A stretch of 64,000 nt of DNA from a bacterium (GTDB lineage: Bacteria > SAR324 > XYD2-FULL-50-16): assembly GCA_032250835.1 (NCBI GenBank), contig JAVVEA010000016.1, positions 21,845 through 85,844 on the forward strand, read 5' to 3'. The translations under genes and the position numbers were made by a program. Each line of letters starts with the position of its first letter. Position 1 is the first letter of the stretch. The notes below the pieces were generated by a model that was given only the letters and a program-made list of their open reading frames with translations, made no database searches and had not been told where the DNA came from. Below are positions 57,221 through 64,000 of the stretch, one piece after another.

Positions 57221-58081
57221 CTAAACAAACACCACCGTCCGGTTTTTGAAGACCAGCAACTTACGGTTGAGGTGTTGCCAGATGGCCCTGGAGAGCACCA
57301 CCTTTTCTAAGTCGCGGCCCTGGCGGATTAGGTCTTCGACGCGGTCGTGGTGGGTGACGCGGGTGACGTCTTGTTCGATGATCGGGCCTTGGTCCAACTC
57401 GGCGGTGACGTAATGGCTGGTGGCCCCGATGATCTTCACCCCCCGTTGGTGGGCGGCGTGGTAGGGCTTAGCCCCAGCGAAGGCGGGCAGGAAGCTGTGG
57501 TGGATGTTGATGATGCGGTTGGGCCAACGCTGGACCATCTGGTCGCTGATGATCTGCATATAACGGGCGAGCACGATAAAATCGACGCCCTCTTCTTCGA
57601 GCAATTCCAAAGCCTGGGCTTCAGCCTGGGCCTTGGTATCTTTGGTCACCGGGATGTGTTCGAAGCGGATGCCGAAGCGTTCGGCGGTAGGGCGCAAAAC
57701 CTCATGATTACTAATGATCAGCGGGATATCCACCGCCCATTCGCCCGAAGACCAGCGGGCCAAGATGTCGTCTAAACAATGGGATTCTTTGCTGACCATC
57801 AGCGCCATGCGCGGGCGTTGGTCGTTGTAATAGAGCCGCCAAGTCATCGAAAGCGGGCTGCCTAACTGCTCGGCAAAGGCCGCCCCGATCTCGCCGCGTT
57901 CTAAAGCAAAGCCCTTCAGTTCCCACTCGGCGCGCAGATAAAAACACTGCTCCGCCAAATCTACATGCTGGTCGATGTAGGTGATGTTGCCGCCCTGTTT
58001 GTAGATAAACTCGGTGATCTTGGCCAGCAGACCCTTCTGGTCCGGGCAGTGGACCAATAAAATAGCTCGTGCGTCGCTCAT
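57221..58081 (-). CDS. purU: Formyltetrahydrofolate deformylase
   Basis: CPDQKG ACT domain, VLARYMQI, INIHHSFLPAF, GATSHYVT, DQGPIIEQ. Confidence 0.96.
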   Translation of the reverse strand: MSDARAILLVHCPDQKGLLAKITEFIYKQGGNITYIDQHVDLAEQCFYLRAEWELKGFALERGEIGAAFAEQLGSPLSMTWRLYYNDQRPRMALMVSKESHCLDDILARWSSGEWAVDIPLIISNHEVLRPTAERFGIRFEHIPVTKDTKAQAEAQALELLEEEGVDFIVLARYMQIISDQMVQRWPNRIINIHHSFLPAFAGAKPYHAAHQRGVKIIGATSHYVTAELDQGPIIEQDVTRVTHHDRVEDLIRQGRDLEKVVLSRAIWQHLNRKLLVFKNRTVVFV

Positions 58082-58158
58082 GGGCTTTTCAGGGGGAATT
58101 TAGGTTTCCTTCGGTTTAACCTAATAGAAGGCCCTTGGAAACCCCGAATCCCTTCTGC

Positions 58159-58704
58159 CTAAAGCCAAAACTCCGGGTAACGGCGGCGCGGCGCGAAGTT
58201 ATTGACGACCAGGGCCACCAGCAGCATCACCGAAGCACCCGAAAGGGCGGGCACCCAGGGATACCACCAGCCCAACGCATGGATCGGGGCAGGGCCCAAA
58301 ACGGCAATCAACGCGGTGGCCCCGCCGGGCGGGTGCAGGGTCTTGGTTAGGTGCATCAGCGTAATCGCCAAAGAGACGGCCAGAGCGGCGGCCAATTCGG
58401 GCTGGCCGGGCAGGAACTTAAAACAAGCCACCCCCACCCAGGCCGAAAGGAAGTGCCCGCCCAAAAGGTTGCGCGGCTGGGCCAGCGGGCTGCCCGGCGC
58501 GCCGTAAAGCAACACCGCCGTGGCCCCGAAGCTGCCGATCAAGAGCACCAACCCCGCCCCCAAGGCCAAGTGCCAATGAGCCCAGGCCACGGCACCGATG
58601 CCCAGCATACTGCCCAAAAAGGACCAGAACATTTCGCTGGGGATCACCGTCGGCGGGCTAACGCTACGGCCCTTCCATTTGGCGAAGTATTCCTTAAGCG
58701 TCAC
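58159..58704 (-). CDS. HPP-family membrane protein
   Basis: SFGATAVL, SPLAQPRN, HPPGGATAL. Confidence 0.93.
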   Translation of the reverse strand: MTLKEYFAKWKGRSVSPPTVIPSEMFWSFLGSMLGIGAVAWAHWHLALGAGLVLLIGSFGATAVLLYGAPGSPLAQPRNLLGGHFLSAWVGVACFKFLPGQPELAAALAVSLAITLMHLTKTLHPPGGATALIAVLGPAPIHALGWWYPWVPALSGASVMLLVALVVNNFAPRRRYPEFWL

Positions 58705-59111
58705 GGGGCCAGCGCCTTAGAAACCTGTTCCCGAAAGGCGCTGTGGCAGCCACGGCAACCTTCGGCCAGTTGGCTGGCCAACCTGCGGGCCTCGGTGGCT
58801 TCACCGGCCAAGGCCACTTGGGCCAAGGCGGAGGCTGTCTTATGGACCTTCAGGTCCCAGCCCTTAAAATCTTTCATCTGGGGCCCCAAGGTTTTGGCGA
58901 TCACCGCTCTTTGAGCCTTTTGGATCGGGGGGTGTTCGGCGATGGCTTCGGCCTGGGCGGCGGCGGCCTTTAGGTCGCCTAAGACAAGTGCTTCGTCCAG
59001 GCTGTACATCTGCGCGCCGAGGTGGCTCATTAGTTCTTTAAGCGGCGGCTCGGCGGCTAACAAAACCGGGGCCAGCAGGAAAGCGGCCAGAAGCGGAAAA
59101 ATCCATTTCAT
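58701..59111 (-). CDS. Class II (four-helix) cytochrome c
   Basis: Signal peptide, helical body, C-terminal CRGCH..FR. Confidence 0.82.
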   Translation of the reverse strand: MKWIFPLLAAFLLAPVLLAAEPPLKELMSHLGAQMYSLDEALVLGDLKAAAAQAEAIAEHPPIQKAQRAVIAKTLGPQMKDFKGWDLKVHKTASALAQVALAGEATEARRLASQLAEGCRGCHSAFREQVSKALAP

Positions 59112-59210
59112 CGGTAGGTCGGGGCTAGGGTTAAAGTTCTGCCCAGAGACTACAAGAACGAACAATTCCAGAAAAGTGAAGATTTAATAATTTATTCATT
59201 TTTGCAGCCC

Positions 59211-59642
59211 TTAGGGCATTCCGGCGGCTTCTAAAGCTTGAGTGGCCTTCACCCGGAAGATTTCGTGGCACTGCACACAGGAGTTTAGTAGCCGCCCCTG
59301 ATACACCAACATCCTCTGGATATCCTCTTCGGCCACCGCCGCGGCCAAGTCGCCGCCGGTGGTGGAGATAAAGGCATCGATCTTCATGAAATCGGAGGCT
59401 TCGCGCTCGCTCATCCCGGCCTTAAGGGCCCTTTGGACCGCTTCGGGCAGGTGGGGCGTTTCTTTTAGCCCCTGGGCGGCCTGTTCCACCTCGCCCATCA
59501 TCGAATTGATCAAGCCGCTTTGGGCTTGGCTTAATAATTTGTCCCAGCGGACCATGCGTTGCTTGAGGTCTTCGCGTACCCCCGCCTGGGCGGTGGCGGT
59601 GGCAAGGAAGAGGAGACTAAAGGCGGTGATCAAAAGACGCAT
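59211..59642 (-). CDS. Class II (four-helix) cytochrome c
   Basis: Signal peptide, C-terminal CVQCH..FR. Confidence 0.82.
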   Translation of the reverse strand: MRLLITAFSLLFLATATAQAGVREDLKQRMVRWDKLLSQAQSGLINSMMGEVEQAAQGLKETPHLPEAVQRALKAGMSEREASDFMKIDAFISTTGGDLAAAVAEEDIQRMLVYQGRLLNSCVQCHEIFRVKATQALEAAGMP

Positions 59643-59713
59643 AGCTTTTTTAAGGGAAAGGAGGTTTGCTTCAGGGCTAGCAGTCGCCCCCTTTACCTGT
59701 CAACGGTTCGCCG

Positions 59714-60598
59714 CTATTTGCCTTTGGCTACGGCTTTTAGCGCATTTTCAATATCGTCCGGCGCGTCCATGATGTTCATGAAGCTGTTATCACCCATCAT
59801 CGAAAGATCCGGGAAGCTGATGGCGATGCGAAACTTAGCCGAAAGGGCCAGCACCTTGCCGTCAGACACAATAAAGTCGTAAGGTAAGTGGGCGCTGGAC
59901 TTAAGTTCCTTAAAGTCGATTTCGCTCATGATGTAGGCGTCACCGCCCGACTTTTGGCTCAAGGTCACCCCAAAGACGGTTTCGTCTTTGCCGGGCAGGT
60001 CGATCCGGTACACCTTGCCCACGCCGCCCGCATTAGCGACCAAACCGGCTTCAACGGCGTCTAATGCCGCTTGTTGGCTGTCGTATTCGGCCAGCTCTTG
60101 GAGGTCGTCAAAATAGGGCATAAAAACTTTGTAATGGTACTTGCGCAGCGCTTCGGGCGTTAAGCCCTCGGCGGGGCCAAATTCCTCTTGAGCACCCAAG
60201 GCGGTCTGGATGGTTTCGGCAATCGGGGCCGGGTCACCCGACATGCGGTAGGCAGCGTGCCAATAGGGATAGTTGGTATAAGCCACCTGCACCGTCTCAC
60301 CCACTTGAGTCAAGGAGACGCGCAACATGGCCCCAAAAGCGCCATGCATGCTTTGGGCGGCCATCTCTTTTAAGGCCGGACTGGTCACCACCAGAATACG
60401 CACCCCTTCATAAGGACTGACCAAGCCAGCTTCAGCGAAGCCCACCGCCGCAAGGGCCCTTTGGGTTTCGGCCAAAACCGCGTCCATCGGTTGGTCGCTA
60501 GTCTTGGCCAACACAAAGGGCTTGATCGGCTCGGCCGCCCATAGGTTGCTAGCCACAAACAAGGTAAACAAAAAGAGTAGGGTGGTTTTAAGGCGCAT
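59714..60598 (-). CDS. Exported protein of unknown function (possibly duplicated DUF302-like fold)
   Basis: Signal peptide; GGAGA RBS; AHLPY and RIAISFPDL segments. Confidence 0.7.
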   Translation of the reverse strand: MRLKTTLLFLFTLFVASNLWAAEPIKPFVLAKTSDQPMDAVLAETQRALAAVGFAEAGLVSPYEGVRILVVTSPALKEMAAQSMHGAFGAMLRVSLTQVGETVQVAYTNYPYWHAAYRMSGDPAPIAETIQTALGAQEEFGPAEGLTPEALRKYHYKVFMPYFDDLQELAEYDSQQAALDAVEAGLVANAGGVGKVYRIDLPGKDETVFGVTLSQKSGGDAYIMSEIDFKELKSSAHLPYDFIVSDGKVLALSAKFRIAISFPDLSMMGDNSFMNIMDAPDDIENALKAVAKGK

Positions 60599-60897
60599 GG
60601 TTTCTCCCCATTGGGTTTCAGGTATCGGCTGCAGACCCCCGTCCAGAGTGCTAAAAGAGGGTCTAATATCAGAATATTGGAATAGAAGTATAAGCCAGAA
60701 AGGTTTGACTTGAAAAGAAAATATTCAACTATAACTAAAAAAAAATGCCGCGCTGGCAAAAAGCGTAGCCCTGAACTTCTTGCCCAGAGGACGCCGAAAT
60801 GATATGGGGATAGAGGTACTGACCAGACTTTTGGTCGGTCACCGAAACTAGCACTAGTTATCGTTAACCGGACAGCCCTCCCAATCAAGGAGTAACA

Positions 60898-62787
60898 ATG
60901 GCCGAAGAACCCAAGTTTTTTCATCCCTCCCAAGAGGTCCTCGACTACGCTACCGTCAAGGAGTACGAAAACCTTTACCAACGCTCCATTACGGATAGAG
61001 AAGGCTTTTGGACCGAACAGGCCGAAACCCTGGATTGGTACAAAAAATGGGACAAGGTTCTCGATGACACGAACAAGCCCTTTTATAAGTGGTTTGTCGG
61101 TGCCAAGACCAACATCATCCACAACGCCATCGACCGCCACCTACAAACGGCAAACCGCAACAAAGTGGCCGTGATCTGGGAAGGCGAGCCCGGCGACGTG
61201 CGCACTTTCAGCTACCATGCCCTCAACCGCGAAGTCAGCCGGTTTGCCAACATCCTCAAGGCGATGGGTGTAAAGAAGGGGGAGATCGTCACCATCTACA
61301 TGCCCCAGGTCCCAGAGCTGGTTTTTGCTATGCTCGCCTGCGCTAAGATCGGTGCGGCCCACTCAGTTGTGTACGGCGGCTTTAGTGCCGATGCCCTTTC
61401 GGACCGGATCAACTCCGCTAAGTCCCGGGTCTTGGTGACCGCTGACGGCGGCTACCGCCGGGGTAAGCCGACGGACCTCAAAAGCATCGCTAACGACGCC
61501 ATGCAGCACTGCCCGACCATCGAAGTCTGCATCACCGTGCAGCGCACCGGGGCCGAATGCCACATGGAAAACGACCGGGATTATTGGTACCATGAGCTCT
61601 ACAAGCTTCCCGTGGCCGGTTGGAAGTGCGAGACCGAAGAGATGGACGCCGAAGACATGCTCTTCTTGCTCTATACCTCCGGCTCCACCGGCAAACCCAA
61701 GGGCTTAGTCCACACCCATGGCGGGTATCAGGTCTATACCAGCACCACCCACAAGATGGTCTTCGACATCAAACCCGAAGACCGCTACTGGTGCGCCGCC
61801 GATCCCGGCTGGATCACGGGCCATAGCTACATTGTCTACGGTCCGCTGATCAACGGCACCACTTTGATGCTTTACGAAGGCGCACCGAACCACCCCTACC
61901 CGAACCGGTGGTGGCAGATGATCGAGAAATACGGCATCACCATCCTTTACACCTCCCCCACAGCGGTACGCGGCCTGATGCGCTTCGGCGAATCTTGGCC
62001 CGCTAAGCATGACCTTTCGAGCTTGCGGCTTTTGGGCTCGGTCGGCGAGCCGATCAACCCCGAGGCCTGGAAATGGTACCACCGCGTGATCGGGGGCGAC
62101 AAGTGCCCGATTATGGACACCTGGTGGCAAACCGAAACCGGCGGGTTTATGATCAGCCCCTTGCCGATCACCCCGCTCAAGCCCGGCAGCGCCACCAAGC
62201 CCTTCTTCGGCAACGAGGTGGCGGTAGTCGACGAAGCAGGCAACGAGGTAGCCCCCGGCAAAGAAGGTTCTTTGGTGATCAAGAGCCCCTGGCCCGGTAT
62301 GGCCCGCACGGTCTACGGTGACGACGATCGTTTCGTGGAAACCTACTGGAAGACCTACGAAAAGCAAGGTTGGTACACCGTGGGCGACGCCGCCAAGAAA
62401 GACGAAGACGGCTACTTCTGGATCATTGGCCGGACCGACGATGTGATCAAGGTTTCGGGCTACCGCTTGGGTACCGCCGAGATTGAATCGGCCTTAGTCG
62501 GGCACCCGGCGGTCAGTGAAGCGGCGGCTATTGGCTTGCCCCATGAGCTCAAGGGCAACGCCATCCATTGTTATGTGATCCTCAAGTCCGGCATCGAAAA
62601 GTCCGAGAAGTTGTCTGAAGAACTCCGCAACCATGTGGCAGAGCATTTAGGCAAGATCGCCAAACCCGATGCGGTCAGCTTTGCCGAGGGTCTACCCAAG
62701 ACCCGCAGCGGTAAGATCATGCGCCGGGTCTTAAAAGCTCGGGCTTTAGGCCAAGACGAAGGCGATCTTTCGACCTTAGAGGAATAG
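60898..62787 (+). CDS. acs: Acetate--CoA ligase
   Basis: YTSGSTGKPKG, DTWWQTETG, PKTRSGKIMRR; AAGGAG RBS. Confidence 0.96.
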   Translation: MAEEPKFFHPSQEVLDYATVKEYENLYQRSITDREGFWTEQAETLDWYKKWDKVLDDTNKPFYKWFVGAKTNIIHNAIDRHLQTANRNKVAVIWEGEPGDVRTFSYHALNREVSRFANILKAMGVKKGEIVTIYMPQVPELVFAMLACAKIGAAHSVVYGGFSADALSDRINSAKSRVLVTADGGYRRGKPTDLKSIANDAMQHCPTIEVCITVQRTGAECHMENDRDYWYHELYKLPVAGWKCETEEMDAEDMLFLLYTSGSTGKPKGLVHTHGGYQVYTSTTHKMVFDIKPEDRYWCAADPGWITGHSYIVYGPLINGTTLMLYEGAPNHPYPNRWWQMIEKYGITILYTSPTAVRGLMRFGESWPAKHDLSSLRLLGSVGEPINPEAWKWYHRVIGGDKCPIMDTWWQTETGGFMISPLPITPLKPGSATKPFFGNEVAVVDEAGNEVAPGKEGSLVIKSPWPGMARTVYGDDDRFVETYWKTYEKQGWYTVGDAAKKDEDGYFWIIGRTDDVIKVSGYRLGTAEIESALVGHPAVSEAAAIGLPHELKGNAIHCYVILKSGIEKSEKLSEELRNHVAEHLGKIAKPDAVSFAEGLPKTRSGKIMRRVLKARALGQDEGDLSTLEE

Positions 62788-62812
62788 CTCTAGTGGCTTG
62801 ACCCCGAAAATC

Positions 62813-62851
62813 AGCCGCCTCTTGGAATCACCAAGAGGCGGCTTTTTTTTT
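62813..62851 (+). terminator. Intrinsic terminator of acs
   Basis: 13-bp stem AGCCGCCTCTTGG/CCAAGAGGCGGCT followed by a T run. Confidence 0.92.
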
Positions 62852-62933
62852 GGTCGCCAAGCAGCACTATAGGGGACCGGGAACTTCAAACAACTTTCTA
62901 AAAGTAGCTTTGTTTTGGTCCTACTCAGCCAAG

Positions 62934-63338
62934 CTAGCTAGAAAGAAAACGCCTCGAAAAATCTGCCAAGTCGCCTAGTTCCTCACGAATTAGCGATTCA
63001 ACCCGGTTGATTTCAAGCCGGGCATATTCATGAACAGCCAAATTGCGGAAGGCGACCATTTTCTCCAAAGACTTCCCCATGCGCTCAGGTATTCGCCCAG
63101 CTGCAACCAGCAGCGTGAAGCTTTCGCGGCTAGAAGCCGGTAACCCCAATTTTTCTTTTCGGATGATATGGTTGGCTAGATCAATCGCCGATTCGCAGGC
63201 GCGCAGCAAGTTTAACATCGCGGCATCCTGCCGGGTGTAGTCGTTCGCAAAATCGCCCCCAGCTAAATCGACCTCCTGGCGGGCACGTTTGATAGCTCTT
63301 TGAATACTGGCCGCTTTGTTCATTAAGACATCATTCAT
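62934..63338 (-). CDS. hepT: HEPN (DUF86) ribonuclease toxin, type VII TA
   Basis: FRNLAVHEY RX4H motif with Tyr; overlaps the upstream nucleotidyltransferase. Confidence 0.9.
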   Translation of the reverse strand: MNDVLMNKAASIQRAIKRARQEVDLAGGDFANDYTRQDAAMLNLLRACESAIDLANHIIRKEKLGLPASSRESFTLLVAAGRIPERMGKSLEKMVAFRNLAVHEYARLEINRVESLIREELGDLADFSRRFLSS

Positions 63339-63754
63339 GGTGCATAAATCTCCCCGGTACGCATGATTTCCCTTTCGATGGCTGCCCGTTCTTCTTTTAA
63401 GTGCTGGTAAAGCGACAAGACCAAAGCCTCGAACTCGTAAAGCCTCTCGGGATCTTTGGTATAGAGCACCTTACCGTTCGAGATGACTTGCATCTGGAAA
63501 ACCGTGGACAGGGTTCTTAGGTTTACCAAATCCACCTTTCGATCCAACTCCTTTGAAAGCTCCCAGGCTAAGTCGGACAGCGCCAAGCTGCCCGCTGCTT
63601 TCGCTTGCTCGGTGGGCAACAAGAGCGCCAAGTCCAAGTCGCTGTCAGGCCAAGCTTCCCCCCTTGCTTCGCTGCCAAAGAGGTAGAGAGCTTCCAATTC
63701 GGGAAAGGATGCGCAGCAGATTTGTACTAATCGAGGAATTGGGAGATTGTTCAT
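63335..63754 (-). CDS. mntA: Minimal nucleotidyltransferase antitoxin
   Basis: YLFGS.ARG....SDLDLA (GSX10DXD), VDLVNL. Confidence 0.9.
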   Translation of the reverse strand: MNNLPIPRLVQICCASFPELEALYLFGSEARGEAWPDSDLDLALLLPTEQAKAAGSLALSDLAWELSKELDRKVDLVNLRTLSTVFQMQVISNGKVLYTKDPERLYEFEALVLSLYQHLKEERAAIEREIMRTGEIYAP

Positions 63755-63847
63755 GTGAGCTTCCGGATAAAAACCATTTGGCTCAAGAATAACATCGGGC
63801 TGACTGCTCGGCAACCTAAACCGGAGGGGTTTACCCGTCGCTTACAC

Positions 63848-64000
63848 TCTTAACGCCTCGTTTGGCTAAGGGCTCTAAGCGGTTCACCAACGGGGGTCGC
63901 CAAGGAGCTTCGAGGCCGCAGGCCGAGGGCGACGGGCGTAGCGACGCGAGCCGGCGAGCGTTGCCAACATAAAACCGTTGGCGCAGCCAACATCCCGTTA
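63848..64000 (+). other. attC-like imperfect palindrome, truncated by the window end
   Basis: TCTTAAC-5 nt-GTTTGGCT ... AGCCAAC-5 nt-GTTA, plus inner CCAACGG/CCGTTGG pairing. Confidence 0.4.

Noticed and set aside
60700-60897. Riboswitch in the long acs leader
   Set aside because: Only short hairpins seen; no aptamer recognised and promoter spacing is ambiguous
61705-62367. 220-aa minus-strand ORF, and likewise 60385-61140
   Set aside because: Antisense to acs, which is unambiguous
1-64000. rRNA or tRNA genes
   Set aside because: None recognised in the intergenic gaps by eye; no covariance search was run

Overview
Gene-dense, GC-rich bacterial chromosomal window. The gene content looks deltaproteobacteria-like, and a SAR324/Lambdaproteobacteria-type source is only a guess. 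The centre is a ~30 kb lipid-metabolism block. A minus-strand Pfa-family iterative fatty-acid synthase (pfaA with 6 ACPs, fused pfaBC, pfaD; no PPTase in the window) lies directly downstream of a beta-oxidation/ETF/membrane Fe-S oxidoreductase operon. That operon is divergent from a LiuR-like MerR regulator and a fadN-fadA-acyl-CoA dehydrogenase operon, with two LiuR-type palindromes. Next come a K+ channel fused to a receiver domain, a ~1700-aa acidic repeat protein with a RomR/PopZ-like layout upstream of ftsW-murG, a mini-protein resembling the FliF C-terminus, a Na+-translocating decarboxylase (oadGAB), pta-ackA, an AT-rich island (two unknown genes, a frameshifted RelE/HigB toxin with its antitoxin, an orphan AbrB antitoxin), purU, an HPP/cytochrome c cluster, acs, an MntA/HepT pair and an attC-like element cut by the window end. 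The most striking unexplained signal is an A10 run exactly at the ACP/KR boundary of pfaA with stops immediately in both alternative frames. All calls come from reading motifs by eye; no searches were run.
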